Source of the DNA: a virus
Taxonomy: Duplodnaviria; Caudoviricetes
Strand: one strand, 5' to 3'
Length of the DNA: 64,000 nucleotides
Virus record (IMG/VR): IMGVR_UViG_3300042366_000810
Span: 6,089 to 70,088 of that record
Below are positions 16,404 through 27,137 of the stretch, one piece after another (position 1 is the stretch's first letter; the number at the start of each line of letters is the position of its first letter). The position numbers were made by a program, and so were the translations under genes. The notes under the pieces are model-generated. The model was not told the origin of the DNA. It was given only the letters and a program-made list of their open reading frames with translations, and ran no database searches.

Positions 16404-19400
16404 ATGTCTATTGTATCTAATTTATATGCTGAAAAGGTTTTTGCCGAACATCCGCTAGCCCTATGGTCATTAGACGAAAAAGTAGATTATTTATCTTTTA
16501 TTACTGAAGAACAAAGAAGCATCTCGAATACTTGGTCTTTTTCAGATTGTACAGTAACTGAAGAAAATATAGATATAAATAAACCCTTTCTTGAAAGTGT
16601 TTTAAATTTAATAGAATTTGACAACTTTATTGAAACATCAAAAGAAATAACTTTTATTGGCGAAGACTTAGAATCATTTAGTGCCTTAAACGAAGAATAT
16701 GCAACACTCACCATAGGCTCTTATTTTTATACAACTAGTCCTTATATTAAATCTATTAGTATTGGGTTTGAATATATAGACACTAGTTCTTTAGAAAACA
16801 TTCAAGCATTACAAAAATTTGAAACAATTCCTACTTCAGAGTGGATGTTTGTATCTCATACTATTGAATATCCACAACAAAATTCAAATTTTAGACCATT
16901 GATAAAAATAGAATTCCAAAATGGGTCAACAACCACAGATAATTATCAAATATATATAAATGGCATAACTGTGGGGCAGTGGGCAGAAGAATATCATACA
17001 ACATCATTAGGAACGTTAACCATACCATTTCCTACAGATATTAATTTAAATAATATTGATAGTTGTGTAAAGGCAAATGCATACGGACTTGGAACAAAAA
17101 ATGGATACTACCTAGTTAATAATAATACATTAATGTCTAAAAATATTGGTATTCCTATGGTTTATGGAGCATCAACTGTTACAAAAATTTATTCAAATAA
17201 TAATAATCCGTCGTTAATTGTTCCAGGTTTTGGGTTTTTAAATAATGCTGGTAAGTATAAAGAGTATACATTGGAAATGTGGTTAAAGATTAATTCAGAT
17301 GAAAAAACACCAAAAAGAATTTTTGGACCAATTTCTTCAACTGATGGACTTTATGTGGAGGGTGGATTTTTAACTTTAGTAGTTGGAAAATATTTTGCAT
17401 CTCATTTTATAGGTCAATGGTATAGGCCAATGTTAATTCAAATAAGAGTTATTAATAATTCTATTGTTATGTTAATAAATGGAGAACAAGTTGTTAGTTT
17501 AAATATTGATACAAATAGTTTAAATTTACCAGAAGAGTATTCGGCAGGAAAATCAAACGATTGGCTTGGATTTTATTCATATGATAAAATCAATCCTTTT
17601 GAAATAGATTGTATATCTTTATATTCTTATAGTGTTCCAGAGTTTATTGCTAAAAGAAGATGGGTGTATGGCCAGGCAGTAACATCTCCAGAAACTATTA
17701 ATTCTGCATATGCTGGAACTACCGCCTATATTGATTATCCATTTGCCAACTATAGTGCTAACTATACATATCCAAATTTTGGAAATTGGAATCAAGGAAC
17801 TTTTGATAATTTATCAACAAGAGAAATATCTCTGAATTCTCCAGAATATACTTTACCAATAATATACACAGATAATTTATCTTTAGATGATCTTTATAAT
17901 GATTGTTATAATATTAATTTATCTGGAAATAAGTTTTTTACATTTCGACCTAATAGCGTATGGAATGACAAAAATACATATATAAATGTAAACCAATCTT
18001 CAATTATTCAAGATGAAATTCATGCAATTTATATGGCCTTTGAGCATACCGATTATAATGCAAATGAAGAAATTTTAATAAAATTTTATAATGATTTTAA
18101 TGATAACTATTTTAAAATTATTACAATAGATGGAGATATTAAATATATTTTAAACTATAATGGAGTTAACACCATACTCAAAACAATTAATAATTATAGT
18201 TTAAATGATCCAATATCTGTAGGTATATCAATACATGAAATAGTTAATTATTTTGGTGGAGATACTGCAGTATTTTTCGGTTCTCAAAATAATTTAAAGT
18301 TTTATATAGCGGGAGATGGAAATAAAGATAATTGTTTTGTGGGTAAAATTTATTCAGTTGGTATATCTACAGAGTATAACCTAAGTGTTATTAATAGTCA
18401 TTTTGATTCCCAGGGTTTTGTAAATATTTCAGATGCAGCGGATTTAATAGAACACACTGCAAGTTATACTTTGTTGCCATCAATAGCATATAATACATTT
18501 TTCTTAGACATAGGCATTTCTGGTTATTGGCAAGACTATATTCCTTTAAGTTACTTTGCAAAATATGTAGATAATAGCATTGGAGAAAGATATTATGGCT
18601 TAGACTTTTTACAATTTAATATAGATTATCCAGCCCCATCTACAAGCACAACAACCGAAATAATTATTGATCCTTATCCACAAGATCCAGAAGAAAATAC
18701 GCATGAATGGGATTATGAAGATTTAGACGTTGAATTTGATCATCCTATACAAAGACAATACGCTCAGTTAGGAAATTATTTATTTACTGGCTGGGAAAAT
18801 TATGAAGATGCTTCGCAAAAATCAATTAAAACTAATCAGTTAGATACTTCAGGTGCAAGTGTAAAATCATATATTAGCCTTCAATATATTCAAGATGGCG
18901 CTAACAGAAATATGCAATCTTATTCAAATATTGAATTAGTAAATCAAAGCAGAATTATAGATTTTTCTGAAATAAGTGGATGGAGTACAAAATTATTTGA
19001 GGTTGTTGATAATACATTAATATATCCTCCAACAAATGTTGATTTTAATAATTTAGCAGTAGTCACACATCTTGATTTTAACGTTCGTGGAGTTTTGACA
19101 AAGCCTATAGCAATTAAAAAATTAGAATATGCTTCTCAAACTTTTGACTCTACTACTTTTAATAAAATAGGAACAAGATTTGGGCTAAACCTATATCCAT
19201 ATAAAAAATCAGGAATTTATTATGATTATAAAACTAAAAATCCATTTAGTATTTATAAAGAAAGCACTCCATATTTATATAATACAAAAACAAGCGGAAT
19301 TGAAATAAGAGGCGAGGTAGATCCATATATTAGTCGAGGTATAGGAATTCCAATTAATGAAAACTCTGTTGGAAATTATAGAGTTAGCGCAATGCAATTT

Positions 19401-20027
19401 TGGATGAGGTATGATTTTGACAGATTTACTTATAATCCAATACAGGTTTTAGAAATAGAGCATAAACAAGATATAATAAAATTTTTTGCAGTAGCAAATA
19501 GTGAGATTGGAAACCGAGCAAGAATATTTGCAGTAAATCAGTCTACTGGGCAAGAAGTTAATGGAATATCATTTTATTTAAATGGTAATTTAGTAAGAGA
19601 GCCAGTAATAGCAGTAAAAGAATGGTCCTCAATTGGAGTGTCTTTTGCTAATAGTTTAAACTTTGACAATTATTTAGGAGCAATAAATTTAAATGGGCCA
19701 ATGGCTTATAATAATATTACTCAGTATCAGGCTACATCTTTACAGCAGATACAAAGTAAAACATATAGGCCATGGCTAAGAGTTAAAAATGATGGCATTT
19801 CTGATATTTTATGGACCTACTGGAATACTAATTTTATTTGGGATGGAGTCTTAGTTCTTGCCTCTAAAGATTTATATGCTGTAAATCCAGGAACAGTATA
19901 CAAAACATATATAGGAACCAATAAGATTGTTATAGACAGTTCTGGCATAGATCTTGGTTTTTCATCAGATCGGGTTCGTATATTTTCAGAAGTTTTGTGG
20001 CAATCATCAGTAGATAAAGCAGTATAA
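16404..20027 (+). CDS. Large virion protein with LamG/concanavalin-like region (tail/baseplate-associated)
   Basis: VFAEHPLALWSLDE N-terminus; YTLEMWLKI..RIFGP LamG-like segment; 1207 aa. Confidence 0.55.
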   Translation: MSIVSNLYAEKVFAEHPLALWSLDEKVDYLSFITEEQRSISNTWSFSDCTVTEENIDINKPFLESVLNLIEFDNFIETSKEITFIGEDLESFSALNEEYATLTIGSYFYTTSPYIKSISIGFEYIDTSSLENIQALQKFETIPTSEWMFVSHTIEYPQQNSNFRPLIKIEFQNGSTTTDNYQIYINGITVGQWAEEYHTTSLGTLTIPFPTDINLNNIDSCVKANAYGLGTKNGYYLVNNNTLMSKNIGIPMVYGASTVTKIYSNNNNPSLIVPGFGFLNNAGKYKEYTLEMWLKINSDEKTPKRIFGPISSTDGLYVEGGFLTLVVGKYFASHFIGQWYRPMLIQIRVINNSIVMLINGEQVVSLNIDTNSLNLPEEYSAGKSNDWLGFYSYDKINPFEIDCISLYSYSVPEFIAKRRWVYGQAVTSPETINSAYAGTTAYIDYPFANYSANYTYPNFGNWNQGTFDNLSTREISLNSPEYTLPIIYTDNLSLDDLYNDCYNINLSGNKFFTFRPNSVWNDKNTYINVNQSSIIQDEIHAIYMAFEHTDYNANEEILIKFYNDFNDNYFKIITIDGDIKYILNYNGVNTILKTINNYSLNDPISVGISIHEIVNYFGGDTAVFFGSQNNLKFYIAGDGNKDNCFVGKIYSVGISTEYNLSVINSHFDSQGFVNISDAADLIEHTASYTLLPSIAYNTFFLDIGISGYWQDYIPLSYFAKYVDNSIGERYYGLDFLQFNIDYPAPSTSTTTEIIIDPYPQDPEENTHEWDYEDLDVEFDHPIQRQYAQLGNYLFTGWENYEDASQKSIKTNQLDTSGASVKSYISLQYIQDGANRNMQSYSNIELVNQSRIIDFSEISGWSTKLFEVVDNTLIYPPTNVDFNNLAVVTHLDFNVRGVLTKPIAIKKLEYASQTFDSTTFNKIGTRFGLNLYPYKKSGIYYDYKTKNPFSIYKESTPYLYNTKTSGIEIRGEVDPYISRGIGIPINENSVGNYRVSAMQFWMRYDFDRFTYNPIQVLEIEHKQDIIKFFAVANSEIGNRARIFAVNQSTGQEVNGISFYLNGNLVREPVIAVKEWSSIGVSFANSLNFDNYLGAINLNGPMAYNNITQYQATSLQQIQSKTYRPWLRVKNDGISDILWTYWNTNFIWDGVLVLASKDLYAVNPGTVYKTYIGTNKIVIDSSGIDLGFSSDRVRIFSEVLWQSSVDKAV

Positions 20028-20045
20028 TATGATATACTGATGGTT

Positions 20046-20450
20046 ATGAAGAACCCAAAAAACAAAAAAAATGGTAAAAGTTTGCCACGAATGAAGGGGC
20101 AAGTTGGAGAATCTAAGATCCAAGTAATTGAAAAAAATTATAATTGGGGTCTTTATGTATATAAAAAGGCAAATGGAAAGTGGTTTACAGACGGGGCTGG
20201 CTCTGTATTAAATATTCCTGCTATGAAAGGAGATATTTCTAGGATATCAGAACTTAAACAAGCAGCAGTGTACTACGGAGATCCAGGGGATGGGCAATGT
20301 ATTTTTGTTCCAGGTCTTACAAGAATTTCAGAAGAAGAATACTCTGAACAAAAAGATAGAATGATACAAGGTTTGATACCAAGCATGAATGATCTTGGTG
20401 CAGTTCATGCAGCACAACAAACTGTTAAGAAATGGGGAAGTGAAGAATAA
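20046..20450 (+). CDS. Hypothetical protein upstream of portal
   Basis: Intact ORF; TGATATACT promoter 7 nt before ATG 20046; coupled to portal by TAATG. Confidence 0.7.
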   Translation: MKNPKNKKNGKSLPRMKGQVGESKIQVIEKNYNWGLYVYKKANGKWFTDGAGSVLNIPAMKGDISRISELKQAAVYYGDPGDGQCIFVPGLTRISEEEYSEQKDRMIQGLIPSMNDLGAVHAAQQTVKKWGSEE

Positions 20451-22039
20451 TGAGTGAAGAAAGAGAATATTTTCTAGGGGCAAGAATTGATGAGCCAGCA
20501 GATAGTTTTGATGAATTTAAAAACAGCGATCCCTTTAATAAAAACTGGTCAGAATTAAAATCTTTAAATGGTCTTGATAATAATTTTAGACGCAGAACAA
20601 ATAGACTTGTAAAGGCAGAGCCATCTACTGGATATCTAGATAGTGCATTAGTACAATCTTCTGGAATAGACGGGGCTAAATCAAAAGAAATAAATCCAGG
20701 TACTGTTTATCATAATGGATATGGAATGTTTGATGTAATTACTCCGCCATGGAATGTATATCAATTAGCAAATTTCTATGATACTTCTTTTGCTAATCAT
20801 GCTGCAATTGATGCAAAAGTAGAAAATATTGTTGGCTTAGGCTATAAGTTTGAAATCTCTCCAAGAACAATGTTAAAATTAGAATCTTCTTCAGATGCAG
20901 ATGCAGTGGGTCGTGCTCGTAATAGAATAGAAAGAGCAAAAATTGAATTAACCGATTGGTTAGAAGGTTTAAACAATGAAGATAGTTTTACAACTACAAT
21001 GGAAAAAATAGTTACTGATGTTCAGGCAATTGGTAATGGATATATGGAGGTTGGCAGAACTGTTAAAGGAGAAATAGGATATATTGGACACATTCCAGCA
21101 ACCACAATGCGTGTTCGTAGACTTCGTGATGGATTTGTTCAAATTATTGGACATAAAGTAGTTTATTTTAGAAATTTTGGAGCAAAAAATCCTAATCCAA
21201 TTACTTCAGATCCAAGACCGAATGAAATTATTCATTTTAAACAATACTCTCCACTAAATACATTTTATGGAGTACCAGACATTATGTCTGCAATTACATC
21301 TTTACAGGGCGACCAATTAGCATCACAATATAATATTGATTATTTCTCTAATAAGGCTGTGCCAAGATATGTTGTAACCTTAAAGGGCGCCAGATTATCG
21401 GCAGATGCAGAAGATAAAATGTTTAGATTTTTACAGACAGGCCTTAAGGGGCAGTCACATAGAACTCTATACATCCCGCTTCCTGGAGATAATGATGGCA
21501 ATAAAGTTGAGTTTAAGATGGAGCCAATTGAAAATGGTATACAGGATGGATCATTTAAAGAGTATCGCAAACAAAATAGAGATGATATTTTAATTGCACA
21601 CCAAGTTCCTTTATCCAAACTTGGTGGTGGAGATTCTTCTGCAATTGCTGCTGCCTTGGCTCAAGATAGAACGTTTAAAGAGCAGGTTGCTAGACCAGCA
21701 CAAAAACAACTAGAAAAACAAATTAATAAAATTGTTCGTGAGCAAACAGATATTCTAGAACTTAAGTTTAATGAATTAACGCTTACAGATGAAATTGCTC
21801 AGTCTCAAATATTAGAAAGATATGTAAAGACTCAGGTAATGTTGCCAAATGAAGCCCGTCAAATCTTAGGCTTACCTCAAAGAGATGGTGGTGATGATCC
21901 ACTACAGATGAAGCCTCAAGACATTGCCAATGAGACAGCAAATAGGCAAAGGGATTCTGAAAGACTAAATAATCAATCTGATGGCACTGCTACGATATCT
22001 GGACGAAATCCAAAAGGTTCAGGTAGATCATCTCAATAA
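20450..22039 (+). CDS. Phage portal protein (HK97-like family)
   Basis: HAAIDAKVENIVGLG, GNGYMEV.R, EIIHFK..YYGVP-like, NKAVPRYVV, ILIAHQVP, NEARQILGLP; precedes protease and capsid. Confidence 0.9.
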   Translation: MSEEREYFLGARIDEPADSFDEFKNSDPFNKNWSELKSLNGLDNNFRRRTNRLVKAEPSTGYLDSALVQSSGIDGAKSKEINPGTVYHNGYGMFDVITPPWNVYQLANFYDTSFANHAAIDAKVENIVGLGYKFEISPRTMLKLESSSDADAVGRARNRIERAKIELTDWLEGLNNEDSFTTTMEKIVTDVQAIGNGYMEVGRTVKGEIGYIGHIPATTMRVRRLRDGFVQIIGHKVVYFRNFGAKNPNPITSDPRPNEIIHFKQYSPLNTFYGVPDIMSAITSLQGDQLASQYNIDYFSNKAVPRYVVTLKGARLSADAEDKMFRFLQTGLKGQSHRTLYIPLPGDNDGNKVEFKMEPIENGIQDGSFKEYRKQNRDDILIAHQVPLSKLGGGDSSAIAAALAQDRTFKEQVARPAQKQLEKQINKIVREQTDILELKFNELTLTDEIAQSQILERYVKTQVMLPNEARQILGLPQRDGGDDPLQMKPQDIANETANRQRDSERLNNQSDGTATISGRNPKGSGRSSQ

Positions 22040-22079
22040 ATGAGATATCATAAAAAAAGCCTCTATAATATATACTAGT

Positions 22080-23384
22080 ATGACTATATCTAAAGCCCAT
22101 TGGAATACAGAGGGCGAAAATATTCGCCTTTCAATGCCTTTTAGCAAGGTAGATAAAGAGAGACGTACAGTCTCAGGATTTGCCACACTCGACAATGTTG
22201 ATAAACAAAATGATATAGTAACAACAGATGCTAGTTTGAAAGCATTTAAAAAGTTCCGTGGCAATATTAGAGAAATGCATCAACCATCTGCTGTTGGCAA
22301 AATGGTTTCATTTAAAGAAGATAAATATTATGATGATGATTCAGAAAAAATGTATAGCGGTGTTGTTGTTTCTGCTTATATTTCCAAAGGTGCACAAGAT
22401 GCATGGGAAAAGGTTTTAGACGGTACATATACTGGTTTTTCAATTGGCGGAAGAATGAATAAGTGGGACGATGCTTATGATGAAAAAATGGATAAGCAAA
22501 TTAGAATTATTAAAGATTATGATTTGGTAGAACTTTCATTGGTAGACAGTCCAGCAAATCAATTTGCAAATATTATTTCTGTAGAAAAAGTAGACGGTGT
22601 AGATATTGTTAAAGGTGCAGACACTGTAATTGAAAATGTTTTTTGGGATAAAGATTCTGGAATTGTAATGGTTTCTGAGAATGAATCAGAAGTTAGTCCA
22701 ACCACAGGTAGCGTAATGCAAAATATAGGTTTCGTTGAAAAAACAGACAACGAAAAAACAACAATGATAAAGTTCTTAGTAGATAGTGCTAAAGGCATTA
22801 AAACTTCTAAGATTAACAAGGAGGCAAGTCCTATGGCAAAAACAACAAAAGTAGAAGTTGAAAAAACTGATGCAGTAGTTGAAAATGTTGAGGTCGCTCC
22901 ACAGGCAGATGCCGTAGTTGAAACAACTGAAGTTGCTAAGGCAGAAGAGGCCCCAGCAGTTGAAGAAGTTGTAAAGGCTGAAGAAGCCACAACTCCTGAA
23001 GTTGCTAAGGCTGAAGAAGCACCAGCAGCAGCAGAAGTTGTTGAAACAACTGCAGAAGTATCTAAAACTGATGATGTAGTTGCAGAGTCAATTACAGAAA
23101 TTAAAAATACTCTTACATCAGCCTTTAGCGATCTAGTAGCAACTGTTAAGTCTCTACAAGAGCAAGTTGCAACAGTAAGCAAGTCCCTTGATTCTGTAAA
23201 ATCAGAAGTACAGAGTGCAAAGGACGAATTTAATGAGTTTGGTAAGCGTGTAGATGCTGTAGAGGCAGATACTGCTTTCCGAAAGTCTGGAGATCTCGGA
23301 GAGATTATTCAGGAAGAGCCAGCGATGGTTCAAAAATCCTTATGGGGCGGACGTTTCCTCAAAACAGCCGATCTATTTAGATAG
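22080..23384 (+). CDS. Prohead maturation protease fused to an acidic scaffold region
   Basis: VSGFAT..D.QND, REMH, GFSIGG, ELSLVDSPAN (HK97-type protease motifs); Ala/Glu/Val-rich linker and coiled coil follow. Confidence 0.9.
   Translation: MTISKAHWNTEGENIRLSMPFSKVDKERRTVSGFATLDNVDKQNDIVTTDASLKAFKKFRGNIREMHQPSAVGKMVSFKEDKYYDDDSEKMYSGVVVSAYISKGAQDAWEKVLDGTYTGFSIGGRMNKWDDAYDEKMDKQIRIIKDYDLVELSLVDSPANQFANIISVEKVDGVDIVKGADTVIENVFWDKDSGIVMVSENESEVSPTTGSVMQNIGFVEKTDNEKTTMIKFLVDSAKGIKTSKINKEASPMAKTTKVEVEKTDAVVENVEVAPQADAVVETTEVAKAEEAPAVEEVVKAEEATTPEVAKAEEAPAAAEVVETTAEVSKTDDVVAESITEIKNTLTSAFSDLVATVKSLQEQVATVSKSLDSVKSEVQSAKDEFNEFGKRVDAVEADTAFRKSGDLGEIIQEEPAMVQKSLWGGRFLKTADLFR
22833..23384 (+). CDS. 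Putative nested in-frame scaffold protein (internal start)
   Basis: AAGGAGG at 22818..22824, 8 nt before an in-frame ATG at the protease/linker boundary. Confidence 0.55.
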   Translation: MAKTTKVEVEKTDAVVENVEVAPQADAVVETTEVAKAEEAPAVEEVVKAEEATTPEVAKAEEAPAAAEVVETTAEVSKTDDVVAESITEIKNTLTSAFSDLVATVKSLQEQVATVSKSLDSVKSEVQSAKDEFNEFGKRVDAVEADTAFRKSGDLGEIIQEEPAMVQKSLWGGRFLKTADLFR

Positions 23385-23407
23385 AAAATCACTTAGGAGG
23401 TGACAAT

Positions 23408-24526
23408 ATGTCGGAAGAGATTAAGAAAAATCAACCAGGTTCTGTAGGTTCCGCTGACGGTTTATACCAAGGTCAGGGAGGCTTCGCATCTGGTGGAGTT
23501 GGTGGTGTAAGTAACCCAGGTGCAGATACACTTGGAAACATCCCAACAGCAAACTTTGGTGTTACAACTGGTCCTAATGCCGTAAATCCTTCGGGTGATG
23601 CTGCAAGTGGAATTTTACGTCCTGAGCAGGCACGTCGTTTCATTGATTACGTATGGGATGCTACCGTTCTTGCACAAGACGGACGTCGTGTAACAATGAG
23701 AGCAAACACCATGGAACTTGAAAAAGTTAACGTTGGTGAGCGTGTAATCCGTGCTGCTGCACAGGCAGATGGTTCATACACAAACACTGGTGCTACATTC
23801 AGCAAAGTAGAACTTACAACCAAGAAGATTCGTCTAGACTGGGAAGTAACTGCTGAAGCACTTGAAGACAATGTCGAGGGGGCTGCACTAGAAGATCACC
23901 TAGTTCGTTTGATGACAAATGCATTTGCAAATGACATCGAAGATCTAGCAATCAATGGTGATGGCACTACCTCTCCATTCCTTTCAATTATGGATGGTTT
24001 CGTAAAGAAAGCAACTGAAGGCGATGCACACGAAGCAGCAGTAACTGTTGCAGATAATGCATGGGCTCCAGAAGTTATGCAGGAAATCATTCTTGCAATG
24101 CCACGTAAGTATCGTGCCCTAAAGAACAATCTAAAGTTCTATGCAGGTACAGATGCTTTTGCTGGTATCGTAAAGAACAACGGTACTCTTGCTGATGCAG
24201 TTGCTGAAGCGTTTGCTGGTCGTATGCCAGGAAGCACTCAAAGCAATCGTCAGAACTACCTTGATGGACAAGGTCAGACATTCGGTGGAGCACGTACAAC
24301 TCGTGTTCTAGGTATCGATGTACAAGAAGTTCCTTACTACCCAGAAGGTTATGTCGATTTGACATTCCCTGCTAACCGTGTGTGGGGCTTCCAACGAGAT
24401 ATTATCGTTAACCGTGCATACCAACCAAAGAAAGATACAATTGAATACACAGTATTCGTTCGCTTTGGTATCCAATGGGAAGAAGAAGACGCAATTGCGT
24501 ATGCAGACGCTGCATCAGATTCATAA
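23408..24526 (+). CDS. Major capsid protein (HK97 fold)
   Basis: GILRPEQARRFID, LTTKKIRLDWEV..EALEDN, FANDIEDLAINGD, LG..V.EVPY.P; RBS AGGAGG; strongly biased codon usage. Confidence 0.9.
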   Translation: MSEEIKKNQPGSVGSADGLYQGQGGFASGGVGGVSNPGADTLGNIPTANFGVTTGPNAVNPSGDAASGILRPEQARRFIDYVWDATVLAQDGRRVTMRANTMELEKVNVGERVIRAAAQADGSYTNTGATFSKVELTTKKIRLDWEVTAEALEDNVEGAALEDHLVRLMTNAFANDIEDLAINGDGTTSPFLSIMDGFVKKATEGDAHEAAVTVADNAWAPEVMQEIILAMPRKYRALKNNLKFYAGTDAFAGIVKNNGTLADAVAEAFAGRMPGSTQSNRQNYLDGQGQTFGGARTTRVLGIDVQEVPYYPEGYVDLTFPANRVWGFQRDIIVNRAYQPKKDTIEYTVFVRFGIQWEEEDAIAYADAASDS

Positions 24527-24546
24527 TCTGACTTAGCGTATTCCTT

Positions 24547-24584
24547 TTAAGGGGAGTGGGGATTTGTTTCTCTACTCCCCTTAA
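24547..24584 (+). terminator. Hairpin after the capsid gene
   Basis: ttaaggggagtggg-gatttgtttc-tctactccccttaa; weak U-tract. Confidence 0.6.
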
Positions 24585-24618
24585 GTAATCTGTTATAATT
24601 AGTTAGTTAGGAGGAAAG

Positions 24619-25074
24619 ATGTCTGATTATAAAGAAAATATTGAAGAAATTCAAGTAGAAGAATTAATTGAGGCCCCAGTTGCTGAAGAAACAAAAACGC
24701 AAGAAGTGGCTTCTGAATTTGGAATTGAGTCATCTATTTCTGAAGTAGAAGAAACAAAAGATGATGAAATAATTAGTTCTCCAGAAAAAGAATTTTCTGT
24801 TCCAGCAGTTCCTGCAATGAATGTAGGACAGAGTGGAGCGATTTCATCTGGGGGAGCAAATAAAAAAGATAAGCCAAGTAAAAATAGTTCCGCAAAGGCA
24901 GATGACACAGTTGCTGTTCATAGTACAAAAAATTTACATGCATCTGGATTAAAGTCAATTTATAAAGGATTTAATATTTTGTCAACAGCCCATGCAGATA
25001 AATGGCTTGCAAAAAGACCTAATGAGATTCGACTGGCTACACCAGAGGAAGTCGCTAAGGCTTTTGGCAAATAA
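24619..25074 (+). CDS. Hypothetical acidic protein (head region)
   Basis: RBS GGAGG; TGTTATAAT promoter at about 24591. Confidence 0.7.
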   Translation: MSDYKENIEEIQVEELIEAPVAEETKTQEVASEFGIESSISEVEETKDDEIISSPEKEFSVPAVPAMNVGQSGAISSGGANKKDKPSKNSSAKADDTVAVHSTKNLHASGLKSIYKGFNILSTAHADKWLAKRPNEIRLATPEEVAKAFGK

Positions 25075-25083
25075 GGGGTAATT

Positions 25084-26001
25084 GTGATAGTTTTAAGAGT
25101 TCCACCGTATCCAATTCAAATTACATACGATGTGCCAAACGCATCTACTGAATATCATTTAGAAATACAAGATATGGTGGACCTTTCTACTACTACTTTA
25201 GATGTAACATCAGATTCAAATAAAAAAGTTATTTTATCTTTAACAGGAGATTATGTTAAATATGATAACTCATATTTAATAAATATATATACAGATGATG
25301 ACGGAGATCTTGGTAATATTGTAGTTACTGATAGTCTAGATATTACAAGACCATATGTAAATCCATCAACCTATTCAGATATTGCTTCAGAGCAAGCAGA
25401 ATATCAATATAATGAAAGAATTGCAAGAACTTTAATTGATGCTATAACAGATGGATTTTATAACAAAAAAGTAATATATGAGCGCACAGGTTTAGGTGGA
25501 GACTTTATGCCATTAATTCCTAGAGCAAATCAAATTTTAAAAGTTTATGAAAATAATGTGCTTGTATATGATATTGACGATCTAGAAAATTCAACTCAAT
25601 TATTTGAAATAACAAAAGATGGAACTGCAATTATTTATCAGTATACAGATGAGATTAATAGATCAGAAGGCGCTCCATTAATATTTCCATCTTCAAATGG
25701 CGATATAGTAGATTATGGATTCTGGACAACAGATACGTTTCCAAATGGATATGACTATACATTTATTTTAGAAGCAGGGTATCCAGTAGTTCCACTAGAC
25801 ATTCAGGATGCAACAAGAATGTTAATAGATGATATTAAGTGTGGAAAATTAGATTATTATAAGAGATATGTAGGTCAATATAATACCGACCAGTTTAGAA
25901 TACAATATGATAAAAAGGTTTTTGATGGAACTGGTAATTTAATAGTAGATAAGATTCTGGAGAAATATCAAGAACCGATGTTTAATGCTGGAGTCCTCTA
26001 A
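25084..26001 (+). CDS. Head-tail adaptor/connector
   Basis: RPYVNP..ARTLIDAIT..F..GYPVVPLDIQDAT; position after the capsid genes. Confidence 0.6.
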   Translation: MIVLRVPPYPIQITYDVPNASTEYHLEIQDMVDLSTTTLDVTSDSNKKVILSLTGDYVKYDNSYLINIYTDDDGDLGNIVVTDSLDITRPYVNPSTYSDIASEQAEYQYNERIARTLIDAITDGFYNKKVIYERTGLGGDFMPLIPRANQILKVYENNVLVYDIDDLENSTQLFEITKDGTAIIYQYTDEINRSEGAPLIFPSSNGDIVDYGFWTTDTFPNGYDYTFILEAGYPVVPLDIQDATRMLIDDIKCGKLDYYKRYVGQYNTDQFRIQYDKKVFDGTGNLIVDKILEKYQEPMFNAGVL

Positions 26002-26453
26002 TGGCTTCATGTTGCAACTCTACAGACTTTATGTATCCAATGTGTGCAGATGTTTACTATGCAATTATTAGTCAAGATCAATATGGCAAAATAAAAAAAC
26101 AATGGTTTTTTGATAGAACGATTGCTTGCAACGCTGCTCCTGCTGGCGGTGCTGGAACAGAAGAAATTGATCCTAAAGTATTTTTACAATATGAGAATAA
26201 ATTAATTGCAAGAACTAAAGAAGATTTAAGAATTTCTAGCAGAGAAGAACAATATGCAGCAACTAACATTTTAATAACAAATATTAGAGATGGAAATCAA
26301 AATCTAATATATAAAGAAACTGCTGGTACTAGAAAAGGAAAAGGAACTATTTATGAAGTTGCTACCTTTCAACCATTTTCTGGGCCATTTGGAAATGTAG
26401 AATCTTTTAAGGCTTTATGGAGAAGAACTGAAAATCAATCAGTTGGTGATTAA
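26001..26453 (+). CDS. Head closure / neck protein
   Basis: ADVYY..QDQYGKIKKQW pattern; synteny. Confidence 0.5.
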   Translation: MASCCNSTDFMYPMCADVYYAIISQDQYGKIKKQWFFDRTIACNAAPAGGAGTEEIDPKVFLQYENKLIARTKEDLRISSREEQYAATNILITNIRDGNQNLIYKETAGTRKGKGTIYEVATFQPFSGPFGNVESFKALWRRTENQSVGD

Positions 26454-27133
26454 TGATTGCTGTAAATATTAACACAACTTCAATGCAGAGAAAGTTAAAT
26501 AATCTTGTAGAGTACTCTCTTGGATTCTTAGAGGGTGTTGAAAGTGGTAAAAAAATATTTTTTGATCAATTAGGCAAAGGCGTAATAGAAGCATTAGGCC
26601 AATACATAGATGTTATGGCAAGAGCAGACGAAAAAGCCTTACACCATGTATATGAATGGTCTCAAGTTGGCCAAAGAAGTGGAAGATTATTTAATTTTAC
26701 AACTACTGTAACAGGTGCTGGTATTGCTCTTAATGCAACATTTAGTCAATCAAAAACTGTTAAAGATGGATCAAACACTCCATTTTACAATAAGGCTAAA
26801 ATTATGGAAAGTGGAACTGCAGTAACTATAAAGCCAAGAGGAAATAATCCACTTGTTTTTGAATCTAATGGCGAAACTATTTTTACTAAACGTCCTATAT
26901 TAAATCAATTTCCAGGAGGACAAGAAGTTACTGGATCATTTGAAAGAGTGTTTGATACTTTTATGAGATATTATTTTACTCAATCATTTTTAAGAGCAAG
27001 CGGACTGTCTGACTATTTAGAAACTCCAACTATATTTAAAAGAAATCTTGCTGCTGGAATTAGAGGCGGTAAAGGAGTAGGAAGAGCAACTGGTATGAAA
27101 TGGATCATTAATGCAAAGGTTAGTGTAGAATAG
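26453..27133 (+). CDS. Tail completion / neck protein
   Basis: Synteny between head closure and tail terminator; KA..ME.G motif. Confidence 0.45.
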   Translation: MIAVNINTTSMQRKLNNLVEYSLGFLEGVESGKKIFFDQLGKGVIEALGQYIDVMARADEKALHHVYEWSQVGQRSGRLFNFTTTVTGAGIALNATFSQSKTVKDGSNTPFYNKAKIMESGTAVTIKPRGNNPLVFESNGETIFTKRPILNQFPGGQEVTGSFERVFDTFMRYYFTQSFLRASGLSDYLETPTIFKRNLAAGIRGGKGVGRATGMKWIINAKVSVE

Positions 27134-27137
27134 TACT

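Noticed and set aside
22559-23182. 207-aa antisense ORF
   Set aside because: Shadow of GCA/GAA/GTT-rich codons in the scaffold region; no RBS.
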